From positions 41,676-105,675 of the IMG/VR virus record IMGVR_UViG_3300044701_002547: DNA of 64,000 nt; one strand, 5' to 3'. A program made the translations under genes and the position numbers. Below are positions 28,235 to 39,090 of this stretch, piece after piece. The stretch is from a virus. The notes under the pieces were generated by a model. It saw only the letters and a list, made by a program, of their open reading frames with translations, searched no databases and was not told the DNA's origin. Each line of letters starts with the position of its first letter. Within the stretch, counting starts at the first letter, position 1.

Positions 28235-31200
28235 ATGCCTCTGAATAAATTAGACAATTTTATTAAGAATACCGAAGGTCGTATTCTTTATGTAAATCCA
28301 AACGACCTTGATTCTACTGATGGTATTGAAAATCAAGGCAATTCTCTTGCTCGTCCATTTAAAACGATTCAGAGAGCACTTTTAGAAGCGGCAAGATTTT
28401 CATATGTACGGGGAAATAATAACGACCTCGTAGAAAAGACGACAATTCTTCTTTTTCCTGGAGAACATCTAGTAGATAACCGCCCAGGATGGGCAATTTA
28501 CGATAATTCTGGAGCAAAAGCAGTTAGTAGATCGGGGTCAGAATCTGTTGCGTCTTCAGTATTTTCTCTTGGTTTAGAATCTAATTTTGATTTAAACCAA
28601 GAAGATAACATTCTTTATAAGTTCAATAGTTACTATGGTGGTGTTGTAGTACCAAGAGGAACTTCAATTGTTGGTCTAGATCTTAGAAAAACAAAAATTC
28701 GTCCAAAATATATTCCAAATCCAACTGATGATAATGTAGATAATTCTGCAATTTTTAGAATTACTGGTGCTTGTTATTTCTGGCAATTCTCCATGTTTGA
28801 TGGGGACTCAAGTGGATTGGTTTATACAAACCCCGATAATTTTGGTGGAGTTTATTTATCAACACCTAACTTTTCTCACCACAAACTAACTTGCTTTGAG
28901 TTTTGTGATGGTGTAAATGAAGTAAGTTCTTATGGTCTCACAGACCTTGATATGTATTATAGTAAGGTCTCTAATGCTTATAATGCATATCGTGAAATTC
29001 GTGAAAAATTTCCATCTGATTCTGATGGATTTGCAAAGAGAAATCCAGAATGGGAAATTGTAGGAGCTTTTGCTTCAGATCCACTCGAAATTTCTAACAT
29101 TATTTCTGGAAATGGTTTTGTAGCAAGTGCTGTTGTGACCGTGACAACTACACAAGAGCACGGTTTAAATGAAGGAACTCCGATCAAAATTAAAGGAGTT
29201 GGTGATGGCACTGGTCTAACGGACAACTATAATATTTCAACTACTGTTCAAAATATTCTGAGTCCAACTTCATTCACTTATCTTTTACCTGCACTAGAAT
29301 CATATGTAACAATTTCAGCAAGTCCAAGTTTTTCTGGCGCAACAGTTACTGTAGAAACTGATACTGTATCAGGTGCTTCTCCGTATATCTTTAACTGCTC
29401 TCTTCGTTCAGTTTGGGGTATGAATGGACTTCATGCTGATGGAAGTAAGGCATCTGGTTTTAGAAGTACCGTTGTAGCACAATTCACGGCAGTTTCTCTA
29501 CAAAAAGATGATCGAGCATTTGCAAAATACGATAAACCATCGAGAACCTATCAGTCCGTAAATTATAGTACAGTTTATGGTGCTGCTTTATCGGAAGGAT
29601 CCTCTCAAACAGATGAAAGTAAAGTCTATCATTTAGATTCCGATGCAATTTATCGACAAGGGTGGGAATCTTCGCATATTAAGATTTCAAATGATGCATT
29701 TATTCAGGTAGTTTCTGTATTTGCGATTGGATTTAATAAGCATTTTGATGCTCAAACTGGTGGCGATGCTTCAATTACAAACTCTAACTCTAACTTTGGA
29801 CAGATTTCTCTAAGTTCTTCTGGATTTAAAAAAGAATCATTTGAAAAAGATAATAGAGCATTTATTACATCTATTATTCCCCCAAGAGCAATTACTGGAG
29901 TAGAAGAAGAAATTGATTGGGTATCTTTAGATGTTGGATTAACAACTTCAATAGGAGTTACGAAAGGAATTTCAAATCATTTATATCTTTTTGGATTTAC
30001 TTCTCCAGATAATCCACCATCATCAATTACACAAGGATATAGAATTGGTGCGAAATTAAATGATAAATTGCATTTGATTGGACTAGGAGTAACTTACTCA
30101 GCTTCCATCTATATGTGTGATAATGAAATCAGTATATCTGGTTTTACCACCGCTCTTGGAAGTACAAGTTCTGTTAAAACATATACTGTAATTTCTGGTC
30201 CTACTGCAAATTCTTTTAATGTTGGATCTAACAGTGGTATTTTAACTGGAGAAAAAGTTAAAATCATAAGTGATGATGGTGATTTGCCCGAGAATATTGA
30301 AGCACATCAAACATACTATGCAATTAAAGATAGTAGTAATGCAATTAAATTAGCATCTTCATATACAAACGCACTTCAAAATCAAGAAATTGATGTTTAT
30401 GGTGGAACAAATCTAAAAATCTTGAGTCGTGTTTCCGATAAAGATGTTAGAGAACTTGGATCTCCAATTCAATATGATGCTGAATATGGTAATTGGTTTA
30501 TTCACGTCAATTCTGGAAATGAAATTTATAATGCATTTGCTGCTGGTGGCGTTGAAACTTATGGAGAAACAACTGACGTTGCTTTTGTAAAGAGAATTTC
30601 TGACGAAAGAAGTCTAGATGAAAAACTCTATAAGTTTAGAGTTGTAATTCCGAAAGAACTATCAAACTCAAAAGATCCAGAATCTGGATTTATTCTTCAA
30701 GAAAGCAGCACTACTGGATCTAGAAGTAGTGTAGATTTTACGAGAACAAGTATTGGAAGAACTGATTATGATTACAATAAAAATCCAAGATTCATTTCAA
30801 CTTGCACTGAAAGTTCTGGTACAGTTACAGTAATTTCTGAGCTCCCTCATAATATCCAAGTGGGTGAAACTGTTATTATTAGAAATGTTAAGAGCTCTAC
30901 AAATTCAACTGGAACTTTCAATTCTGGATATAATGGTTCATTTGAAGTCACTGGAGTTACAGATGTAAATACCTTCAGTTACTCGACCAATAACTTAGTT
31001 ACAGGCGCTACTCAAACGACAGGAACTTTTACGAGTAATACAAGCGTAAGAGATGAAAATCTTCCAAGATTTGAACGAAATGATTGGAAAGCAAATCTAT
31101 TTGTTTATCGTAATGAAGTAATTTCTCCTTATATTCAAGATAAGCAAGATGGAATTTATCATCTGTATGTTTTAAATGCAAATAATCAGGTCACTGAAGA

Positions 31201-33634
31201 ATTTACAAGTCTAAAATTTGGACAACTTCCTGCTGATCTTTATCCTCAATTAGATCGTGATAATGTAAATGATAATCCAAGATCAGCAAAAACTTATGCA
31301 AAGCGTGCTCCAATTGGTGATGTTGTAACAAATGATCTGAAAAAAAGTATTACTAGAGAAACATCTGACTTAATACTCAAAGAAATTGGAATTGGACTCT
31401 CAATTTCTTCCTTTAATTCTGGAACTAGTACAATAAATTTCTCAAGATTCCACGGATTATCTGGTATTGTAACTGGATCCGTAACACCAGGTTCTACATA
31501 TAATCCAGGAACTTATTATGGGGTCAAACTTTTAAACGGTTCTCAAACTGGAACATGGAATGGAGCAACCGCAAATGTTGTTGTGTCTGGTGCTGGAAAT
31601 TCCATCACTTCTGTAAATATTATGAGTCCTGGATCTGGATATAGTGCTACTGCATTATATTTTGATCAAAGTAGAATTGGTGTTGGGGATAGTGCTGCAA
31701 GATATACAATCACCACAGTGGGAATTTCTACAAATATTGGTGATGTCGTACAAGTTACTGGAACTGGAACTACCTCTGATGGATATTATCGTATATCATC
31801 TGTTCCATCTTCAACTTCTGTTGCAATTGCTAGAACAAGTGGAGATCCCACAATTCTTTCGGGACAGTATGCTTTTGTTGTAGGTCCCTCTATACAAATT
31901 ACATCCTCAAATTATACTTCGGCAACAGGAATCACAACATTTATAACTTCTTCTGCACATGGATTGTTAGTTGGAAATAAATTTAGAATCATAGATTCAA
32001 GTAATAACAATCTTGGTGACTATGTTGTAAAAGACAGACAAAGTGTAACCTCATTTACGGCAGTTACAAACCAATCAATTTCTGCAGTAAATGGTTATGT
32101 TCTTAAGCACGGTCTATCCTCAAATGGTGGGGTTTCTGATGTAACAGGAGAAAATCTTGGTAGTCGCGGCGTTTCATTTTATGATGGAAGAGCATTTAAA
32201 CTTAATGCTAGTGTGACATCTACCGCAACAACAATCTTTATCAGTAATATTGTTGGTATTGCAACGGCGCAAAGATTACCTCTTGGATCTTATATTCAGA
32301 TTGATAATGAGATTATGAGAGTTACCAGTGATAATAATTCCACTCAAGCAACTGTAGAACGTGGTATTTTTGGAACTGTTTCAGAGGCTCATGATAATGA
32401 TTCCTTAGTTCGTAAAATTGATCCAGTCGCAATTGAATTCCGCAGACCTTCAATTATTCGCGCATCAGGTCATACTTTTGAATATCTTGGATATGGTCCT
32501 GGTAACTATTCAACTGGATTACCTCAAGTTCAAGTTAAGACATTATCAGAAGCAGAACAATTCTTCTCACAAGCTCAGGAAAGATCTGCTGGAGTTGTTG
32601 TCTATACTGGTATGAATAATAATGGCGATTTCTTTAATGGAAACACCAAAACTATTGCAGCAAGTGGAGAAGTTGTTTCTTATGATATTCCAACTCCAAC
32701 TGTAACTGGTGAAAATTCTAAAAAACTAAGTTCTGTATTTGATGAAGTTACTATTAAAGATAGACTTCTCGTTGAGGGTGGAGTATCTGGAACAGTTCTT
32801 TCTCAATTTGACGGACCAGTTACTTTCAATAAAGAAATTAAATTAAAAGCTGCTGGAGTTTTTAGTGCTGGATTAAAAGTTACAAATAATACTCCATCAA
32901 CATCAACAACCACTGGTTCATTAATTGTATCTGGTGGAGTTGGAATTGGTGGAAGATTAAATGTTGGTGGAGCAGTTGATTTTGATTCAACTCTAAATGT
33001 AGATGGTGCGGCAACTTTCCAAAATAGTGTAACATTTAACAGTTCTATTGTAGTAGATTCAAACTTAAGATTCAATGATAATGATCATTTGTATCTTGGG
33101 AATGGAAATGATTTAGACATTTATCACGATGGATCAAACAGTTATATTAAAGATTCTGGAACTGCTAGTTTAATTCTACAATCCAATCTCTTAGAAATTA
33201 GAAATGCTGCTGGAACAGAAACTCTTGCTACATTCACAGAAAATAGTGCCGTAAGTCTTTATTTTGATAATTCAGTTAAATTATCTACAAAATCTGCTGG
33301 TATTGATATAACAGGACAACTTGATGTAACTGGAGATATCACTGCTTTCTATACTTCTGATCAAAGATTAAAGGATAACATCGCTCCTATTCCCAATGCA
33401 CTAGATAAAGTATTATCCTTAAGTGGTAATACTTTTGATTGGAATGATAAATCTGGAAAAGAAGGAACAGAAGTTGGTGTCATTGCACAAGAAGTTCAAG
33501 CAGTTCTTCCTGAAGTGGTAATTGAAAGAGATAATGGATATCTTGCAGTCCAATATGAAAAACTTGTTCCCCTCTTAATTGAAGCGATTAAAGAACTTAA
33601 AGAAGAAATTAACGAACTTAAAGGAGTTAATTGA
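28235..33634 (+). CDS. Long tail fibre/virion protein with C-terminal S74 chaperone
   Basis: 1799 aa; PFKTIQRAL N-terminus; fibre repeats; SDQRLKDNI...GVIAQEV...YEKLVPLLIEAIKEL. Confidence 0.85.
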   Translation: MPLNKLDNFIKNTEGRILYVNPNDLDSTDGIENQGNSLARPFKTIQRALLEAARFSYVRGNNNDLVEKTTILLFPGEHLVDNRPGWAIYDNSGAKAVSRSGSESVASSVFSLGLESNFDLNQEDNILYKFNSYYGGVVVPRGTSIVGLDLRKTKIRPKYIPNPTDDNVDNSAIFRITGACYFWQFSMFDGDSSGLVYTNPDNFGGVYLSTPNFSHHKLTCFEFCDGVNEVSSYGLTDLDMYYSKVSNAYNAYREIREKFPSDSDGFAKRNPEWEIVGAFASDPLEISNIISGNGFVASAVVTVTTTQEHGLNEGTPIKIKGVGDGTGLTDNYNISTTVQNILSPTSFTYLLPALESYVTISASPSFSGATVTVETDTVSGASPYIFNCSLRSVWGMNGLHADGSKASGFRSTVVAQFTAVSLQKDDRAFAKYDKPSRTYQSVNYSTVYGAALSEGSSQTDESKVYHLDSDAIYRQGWESSHIKISNDAFIQVVSVFAIGFNKHFDAQTGGDASITNSNSNFGQISLSSSGFKKESFEKDNRAFITSIIPPRAITGVEEEIDWVSLDVGLTTSIGVTKGISNHLYLFGFTSPDNPPSSITQGYRIGAKLNDKLHLIGLGVTYSASIYMCDNEISISGFTTALGSTSSVKTYTVISGPTANSFNVGSNSGILTGEKVKIISDDGDLPENIEAHQTYYAIKDSSNAIKLASSYTNALQNQEIDVYGGTNLKILSRVSDKDVRELGSPIQYDAEYGNWFIHVNSGNEIYNAFAAGGVETYGETTDVAFVKRISDERSLDEKLYKFRVVIPKELSNSKDPESGFILQESSTTGSRSSVDFTRTSIGRTDYDYNKNPRFISTCTESSGTVTVISELPHNIQVGETVIIRNVKSSTNSTGTFNSGYNGSFEVTGVTDVNTFSYSTNNLVTGATQTTGTFTSNTSVRDENLPRFERNDWKANLFVYRNEVISPYIQDKQDGIYHLYVLNANNQVTEEFTSLKFGQLPADLYPQLDRDNVNDNPRSAKTYAKRAPIGDVVTNDLKKSITRETSDLILKEIGIGLSISSFNSGTSTINFSRFHGLSGIVTGSVTPGSTYNPGTYYGVKLLNGSQTGTWNGATANVVVSGAGNSITSVNIMSPGSGYSATALYFDQSRIGVGDSAARYTITTVGISTNIGDVVQVTGTGTTSDGYYRISSVPSSTSVAIARTSGDPTILSGQYAFVVGPSIQITSSNYTSATGITTFITSSAHGLLVGNKFRIIDSSNNNLGDYVVKDRQSVTSFTAVTNQSISAVNGYVLKHGLSSNGGVSDVTGENLGSRGVSFYDGRAFKLNASVTSTATTIFISNIVGIATAQRLPLGSYIQIDNEIMRVTSDNNSTQATVERGIFGTVSEAHDNDSLVRKIDPVAIEFRRPSIIRASGHTFEYLGYGPGNYSTGLPQVQVKTLSEAEQFFSQAQERSAGVVVYTGMNNNGDFFNGNTKTIAASGEVVSYDIPTPTVTGENSKKLSSVFDEVTIKDRLLVEGGVSGTVLSQFDGPVTFNKEIKLKAAGVFSAGLKVTNNTPSTSTTTGSLIVSGGVGIGGRLNVGGAVDFDSTLNVDGAATFQNSVTFNSSIVVDSNLRFNDNDHLYLGNGNDLDIYHDGSNSYIKDSGTASLILQSNLLEIRNAAGTETLATFTENSAVSLYFDNSVKLSTKSAGIDITGQLDVTGDITAFYTSDQRLKDNIAPIPNALDKVLSLSGNTFDWNDKSGKEGTEVGVIAQEVQAVLPEVVIERDNGYLAVQYEKLVPLLIEAIKELKEEINELKGVN

Positions 33635-34671
33635 AGATGGCATTACAAGCATCTGGTCCGATTTCTTTTTCTCAAATTGCAAATGAATTTGGAACACCAC
33701 CTGGAATAAATTTAGGTGCTTATAGAGTAAGTCAAAATGTGGGGTCTTTAAGTAATCTTGCATTAGATAACGCAGTAAATGCTTCTGGAATTGTTACTGC
33801 TTTAATACCCCAATCAGGTGCTATTAAGTTTAGTGATTTTTATAATAAAAAATTGAATGTTATTGTTGATTTGTTTTCAGTTCCAGATTATTCTCAAAGA
33901 CTTGTTGCAAGATCTAGATATCCAAATAATTCTATTCCTATAATTCCTTCGGGTGCAGTAAAAAGTAATCCATCTAGTACATCGGGGACTAGAATAATTA
34001 TCAATGTCAATAAAATTATTGGATCCTCTAAAAATAATATTAATCAAGTTGCCGTAAGAACTGGATCTTGGGATACTAATACTCAATTAGAGATGCAAAT
34101 TGGTCAAAATGCACAGATTTATGGTGCTGGTGGAAATGGTGGTGCAGGAGGATCTAACTCTCAAGCAGGACAACCTGGAGGTTCTGGAACTAGTGCATTG
34201 GGAATTGATTATCCAGTTACTGTAGTAAATAGAGGATATATTCAAGCAGGTGGTGGTGGAGGTGGTGGGGGTAGTTGGATTAATAGAACCACTAGAACTG
34301 GATCTTTCACTCGAAATAGAAGGGAAAGAAGATCTGGTGGTAATGGTGGTGGAGGAGGAGCTGGATTCCCTCTTGGAACTGGAGGACCTGGCGGATCTGG
34401 ATCCGCTAATAACGGAAATCCTGGATCTTCAGGAACACTTAGAACTGGCGGCCCCGGTGGGACAAACGGTGGAACTGGTGGTGCAGGTGGAGGAGGAGGA
34501 GCTGGTGGACGTTCAGGAACTGCAGGTGCTGCAGGCAATGCAGCAGGAGGTGCCGCTGGTGGTGGTGGAAGAGCAATTATCATTTATAATAATGGAACTG
34601 GTACAACTATTAGAAATGTTGGTGCCGGAACTATTATTGGAAGTACGATTATCAATACAATCCCACAATAA
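33631..34671 (+). CDS. Glycine-rich adhesin (T2/T6 gp38-like)
   Basis: Polyglycine motifs (GAGGNGGAGG, GGGGGGGG) separated by variable loops; follows the autocleaving fibre. Confidence 0.65.
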   Translation: MKMALQASGPISFSQIANEFGTPPGINLGAYRVSQNVGSLSNLALDNAVNASGIVTALIPQSGAIKFSDFYNKKLNVIVDLFSVPDYSQRLVARSRYPNNSIPIIPSGAVKSNPSSTSGTRIIINVNKIIGSSKNNINQVAVRTGSWDTNTQLEMQIGQNAQIYGAGGNGGAGGSNSQAGQPGGSGTSALGIDYPVTVVNRGYIQAGGGGGGGGSWINRTTRTGSFTRNRRERRSGGNGGGGGAGFPLGTGGPGGSGSANNGNPGSSGTLRTGGPGGTNGGTGGAGGGGGAGGRSGTAGAAGNAAGGAAGGGGRAIIIYNNGTGTTIRNVGAGTIIGSTIINTIPQ

Positions 34672-34696
34672 TAAATAACTAAAAATACTATAAGAA

Positions 34697-36433
34697 ATGG
34701 CAAATAATTATAGAAAGTCATTTAATTTTAGAAGTGGCGTTCAGGTTGATAATGATAATTTTATTGTAGATCCAAATGGATTAGTCGGAATTGGTACTTC
34801 TATTCCGACTGAATTTTTTGATCTTCGTGGAAATGCAAAAATTGTTGGATTAGTTACGGCAAATAATCTAGCAGTATCTGGAGTCTCCACATTTTATAAT
34901 GATGTAAAAGTAGGAACAGGAATTACATTTAACCCTTCTACTGGGGCAGTTAATGCGACAACATTTTATGGAAGTGCTGGAGGTCTTACAGGATTTTATG
35001 CTGTTGCAATTGATGGATGGTACATAGACATTCCCAACTCTGGAATTTTTACAACATTTAAAGTTGGTATAGGAACTACTTTTCCTCAGTATTCTTTGCA
35101 GATTGGAGAGGATCCTATAACTGGGACTGGATTTTCTGTAGATGAATTGACAGGTAACGTATATACTACTGGAATTATTACTGCAAACTCTTTTGTTGGA
35201 GTTGGAACAGGATTAACTGACCTAAATGCGTCGAATATTTCTTCGGGAACAATAAGTTCGGAAAGATTACCAGTTCTTCCTAATGCTAAAATTCCAGATA
35301 ATTTCCAAGTTGCTGGAATTATTACTGCCCTAGGTTCATTTAATGGAACTCTAGTTGGGATTGCATCTACAGCAAGAGATTTAACTTCTAATGCTACAAT
35401 TAATATAGAAGCAGCAACTGTTGGAGTTTCTACAATTTCCACAAGACTTAGAACAAGTGGGTCAGTTGGAGTGAATACAGATGTACCTTATGCTGCTGTT
35501 CACGTTGTAGGATCATCGAGCACTACATTACATCTTACTGCAGATACAACTAATATTACTTTAGGTAGAAGTTTAAGTCCGACGGGAAATACTGGAGGTC
35601 TTAGATTTGGTAATACGAATGGATTATATCCTTCAAGCACAACTAGGTCTTTAGACATTATTAACTATGATACTGGAAATTTAAATTATTATTTACATTA
35701 TGGAGTCTCTGGAGTTGGAACTGGCAATTTCAATTGGATATATGCTCCAGATTCAACAAATGCATTGATGACCTTGACCTATGGTGGAAGACTTGGTATA
35801 GGTATTACAAATCCAACACATAGTCTTGAAGTAAATGGATCTGCACAAGTTACATCTTTAAATGTTAGTGGAAGTGTTTATGCAACTGGTGTAGGAGCTA
35901 CTGTAACTGTAAGAGATCTTTATATTTTAGATGGTCAAAATGGTGTAGTAGATGCTGACGGATCTTCTTTGTTTGATTTACCATTAAACTTTACCTCTGG
36001 AATTTCAACATTCTATGATCTTAAAGTAACTAATTTGGGACTTTTTGAACAAAAAATTGGTATTGGAAATATAAATCCATTAGAACCTTTACACATTGGT
36101 GGTGATTATTTAATTGATCCAGAAGATGCTGTAGTTATTAATTCTTCTGGAATTGGAATTGGAACAACGGCACTTAGATATGGAGCAGGAATTGAAGGAA
36201 TTAGTGTAACAGCATTATTTGGTTCAGTTGGAGTAGGAACAACTAATCCAGATAATCCAAGTGATCCAGCTGGAACAAGAGTACGTGTAGATGGAGATGT
36301 GGCAATTAGAGCTGGAGATCTTTATGTTGGTGTCAGTACGGCAAGGGGTGTAATATTAACATCTCCAAACGGAACAAAATATCGATTAACTGTCTCTAAT
36401 ACTGGAACTTTAAGTACTGTTTTAGTGCCATAA
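34697..36433 (+). CDS. Tail fibre protein
   Basis: Repeated VGIGT..P fibre motifs; C-terminal LTSPNGTKYRLTVSNTG. Confidence 0.75.
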   Translation: MANNYRKSFNFRSGVQVDNDNFIVDPNGLVGIGTSIPTEFFDLRGNAKIVGLVTANNLAVSGVSTFYNDVKVGTGITFNPSTGAVNATTFYGSAGGLTGFYAVAIDGWYIDIPNSGIFTTFKVGIGTTFPQYSLQIGEDPITGTGFSVDELTGNVYTTGIITANSFVGVGTGLTDLNASNISSGTISSERLPVLPNAKIPDNFQVAGIITALGSFNGTLVGIASTARDLTSNATINIEAATVGVSTISTRLRTSGSVGVNTDVPYAAVHVVGSSSTTLHLTADTTNITLGRSLSPTGNTGGLRFGNTNGLYPSSTTRSLDIINYDTGNLNYYLHYGVSGVGTGNFNWIYAPDSTNALMTLTYGGRLGIGITNPTHSLEVNGSAQVTSLNVSGSVYATGVGATVTVRDLYILDGQNGVVDADGSSLFDLPLNFTSGISTFYDLKVTNLGLFEQKIGIGNINPLEPLHIGGDYLIDPEDAVVINSSGIGIGTTALRYGAGIEGISVTALFGSVGVGTTNPDNPSDPAGTRVRVDGDVAIRAGDLYVGVSTARGVILTSPNGTKYRLTVSNTGTLSTVLVP

Positions 36434-36515
36434 CAACCACTTTCCAAACTGGCACACAGGGGGTCGCAAGACCCCTTTTTTGCTGCTATAATACTTTCAT
36501 ATTCAGCAGAGAACC

Positions 36516-37742
36516 GTGATTCAACTCCGTCCTCACCAACAGACTGCTCTGGATGCCCTCGCTCAGCATTCTAAGGGTATCTGTGTGTTCCCGACTGGTG
36601 GTGGTAAGACCAACGTGGGAATCTTCGATGCTATGCGTGAGTTTCAGTCTGACGCCCCTAAGACCGTTGTAGTGGTTGCTCCTCGCATTCTGCTTGCCGA
36701 GCAACTCTCCAGTGAGTATCTGGAGTTCATCACTACCGTTGCTGTGCTTCACGTTCATTCGGGTGAGACGCACCACTATAGCACGACCAAACCCGCAGAG
36801 ATTTACAACTGGTGCCGTCGTGCCTACAAGCATCAACTGATTTTCACCACCTATAACTCTCTGCAGCGTCTGGTTGATGCAGATATTGAGGTGGATACGA
36901 TCTACTTTGATGAGGCACATAATAGCGTTCAGCGTCACTTCTTCCCTGCCGTTGAGCACTTTGCTGCTGAGGCAAAGCGTTGTTATTTCTTCACCGCCAC
37001 GCCCAAGTATTCTGTGACTGTGGGTAAGGCAGGTATGAACGACGCTGATGTGTATGGTCAAATCATCGCTAAGGTTCCTGCTCCTGAACTGGTGGAGGGT
37101 GGTTACATCATTCCCCCTAAGGTCATCACCGCCCCGATGCGCCTCTCTGTGAAGGGTGAGGACATCGCCCAGCGTGACTGTGAGTATCTGCTCCAGATCA
37201 TTCAGGAGAACCCTGTGGATAAGATTCTGGTGTGTGCGAAGGCAACCAAGCACATCATCGGTCTGCTGTCTGAAACTGACTTTGCCCAGCAACTGGAAGA
37301 GGCAGGATACTCTGTGCTTCACATCACCGCAAAGCACGGTGCTTTTATTGACGGTCAGAAAGTCAATCGTGAGGTGTTCTTTGATACGCTGAATGAGTGG
37401 GGCAAGGATGCCGACAAGAAGTTTGTGGTTCTTCATCACAGCATTCTTGCCGAAGGCATCAACATCTCTGCTCTGGAAGCGGTCGTGTTCCTGCGCTCTA
37501 TGGACGTTGTGGGCATCGGGCAGACGGTTGGGCGTACTCTGCGTCTTCACCCCGCTGACGCTGCTGGAATCCGCTCTGGTGCGCTTCAGGCGGGCGCTCT
37601 GGAGTCCTACACCAAGTCCTATGGTCTGGTGGTCTGCCCCGTGTTTGACCGTGCTTCTGCGGGCACTGCGAAGGCAGTCCAGAACGTCGTGGATATCATC
37701 TTTGAGCAGGGTGACGTTGCCGTCAGTGTTGTTAGGAGGTAA
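36516..37742 (+). CDS. Superfamily II (DEAH) helicase
   Basis: LRPHQ, PTGGGKT, DEAH, TATP, LAEGINI, QTVGRTLR. Confidence 0.9.
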   Translation: MIQLRPHQQTALDALAQHSKGICVFPTGGGKTNVGIFDAMREFQSDAPKTVVVVAPRILLAEQLSSEYLEFITTVAVLHVHSGETHHYSTTKPAEIYNWCRRAYKHQLIFTTYNSLQRLVDADIEVDTIYFDEAHNSVQRHFFPAVEHFAAEAKRCYFFTATPKYSVTVGKAGMNDADVYGQIIAKVPAPELVEGGYIIPPKVITAPMRLSVKGEDIAQRDCEYLLQIIQENPVDKILVCAKATKHIIGLLSETDFAQQLEEAGYSVLHITAKHGAFIDGQKVNREVFFDTLNEWGKDADKKFVVLHHSILAEGINISALEAVVFLRSMDVVGIGQTVGRTLRLHPADAAGIRSGALQAGALESYTKSYGLVVCPVFDRASAGTAKAVQNVVDIIFEQGDVAVSVVRR

Positions 37743-37743
37743 G

Positions 37744-38421
37744 ATGACTGAAGAATTAAAAATCTATGCTGAACCAATTACGTCTTTGTATTATGTAAAA
37801 TCTAAAATTCCAAATAAAATATTGAATCTAATAAACGAGGACATTGATTATCTTCTAAACAATAAAGATGAGTTTAAAAAATGGAATCAATATTTGGCTG
37901 GAAATATTTCTGAAGAATATAAATTTTCTGGGAAAAGTTATGAATTATTAGAAGAATTTGTTTTAAAAATCGCTGAAAATTATTTTTATGTTATTGAGGA
38001 TGAAAAATTAAACCCATATAAAAAATATGATCATTTTGATACATTTTTTAACAAAGAAAGGACATATATTCTTGAAAGTTTGTGGGTAAATTTTCAGAAA
38101 AAATATGAATTCAATCCCATTCACTCCCATAGCGGAGATTATTCTTTTGTGATTTGGGTTCGAATACCTTATGATCTTCAAAATGAATTGAATCAGGATA
38201 ATTGTAAGAATTCAAATCAAGCATTCAATTCTTTGTTTTCCTTCTCCTTCACTTCTGCATCTGGAGATATTCAGTCTTTGACATTAGAAATAGATAAAAC
38301 CTGGGAAGGTGTTATAGTAATGTTTCCATCTTGGCTTATGCACACAGTATATCCTTTTTATACTTCAGATGACTATAGAGTCTCTATTGCGGGAAATATA
38401 TACCTAAGAGAAGAAATGTAA
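37744..38421 (+). CDS. 2OG-Fe(II) oxygenase
   Basis: WVN...FNPIHSHSG...MFPSWLMHTVYP...RVSIAGN; real start inferred at MTEELK. Confidence 0.8.
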   Translation: MTEELKIYAEPITSLYYVKSKIPNKILNLINEDIDYLLNNKDEFKKWNQYLAGNISEEYKFSGKSYELLEEFVLKIAENYFYVIEDEKLNPYKKYDHFDTFFNKERTYILESLWVNFQKKYEFNPIHSHSGDYSFVIWVRIPYDLQNELNQDNCKNSNQAFNSLFSFSFTSASGDIQSLTLEIDKTWEGVIVMFPSWLMHTVYPFYTSDDYRVSIAGNIYLREEM

Positions 38422-38424
38422 CAA

Positions 38425-39090
38425 ATGAAAAAAACATATGATGATCAATCAAAAATCTCAATTTTTCCAATATCATTTTTCCAGACAAAAGTGGAAAATA
38501 ATGATGAGATTAAAAAAGATTTGGTTTCTAAAATTCTTAAAGATTCCGAAGACCTTCAAATCCCAGAAGGGTGGTTTACTCATAAACTAAAAACTTCTTT
38601 TTCTGGAGAAAAACCAGGGAAAGAAGTTTTCTTTGGGGAAGATAATACATATCAATCAATTTTAGAACAGAAATACGCAAGATGTTTTGATAGGTTTTTT
38701 GATTATAATTATCAGATTATGATTGATGAAATATGGTATAATTGTTATGCAAAAGATGAATATCAAGAGGAACACGATCACTTGGGGGGACCATTTAATA
38801 ATGTACAGTTTTCCTGCATTCACTTTTTATCCTTTGACAAAACTTCTCATAATCCTCCAGTGTTTTCGGATCCATTGGAACAGGTAAGGAATCTTTCTTT
38901 GGAAATGGAAAGAAATATGTATGATTCTAAATATTCACCACAAATTGAAGAAGGTGATTTTATTATGTTTCCCTCATATCTTCGTCATTCTGTTTTACCA
39001 AAAAATTATAATAGGAAGTATCCAAGAATTACAATAGCTATGAATATAAAAGTTTTACAGTATGGAGAGCAAGGACAAAATGACTATTAA
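38425..39090 (+). CDS. 2OG-Fe(II) oxygenase
   Basis: WYN...QEEHDH...EGDFIMFPSYLRHSV...RITIAMN. Confidence 0.8.
   Translation: MKKTYDDQSKISIFPISFFQTKVENNDEIKKDLVSKILKDSEDLQIPEGWFTHKLKTSFSGEKPGKEVFFGEDNTYQSILEQKYARCFDRFFDYNYQIMIDEIWYNCYAKDEYQEEHDHLGGPFNNVQFSCIHFLSFDKTSHNPPVFSDPLEQVRNLSLEMERNMYDSKYSPQIEEGDFIMFPSYLRHSVLPKNYNRKYPRITIAMNIKVLQYGEQGQNDY

Noticed and set aside
34242-34678. Pro-rich antisense and Val/Glu-rich alternate-frame ORFs
   Set aside because: By-products of GGN glycine codon runs.
28235-36433. Diversity-generating retroelement targeting the fibres
   Set aside because: No reverse transcriptase or TR/VR pair seen by eye.
36486-37550. 354-aa minus-strand ORF
   Set aside because: Antisense shadow of the helicase; no motifs, and explained by codon bias.
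37393-37743. N-terminal extension of the 342-aa ORF
   Set aside because: Overlaps the helicase out of frame; the oxygenase plausibly starts at 37744.
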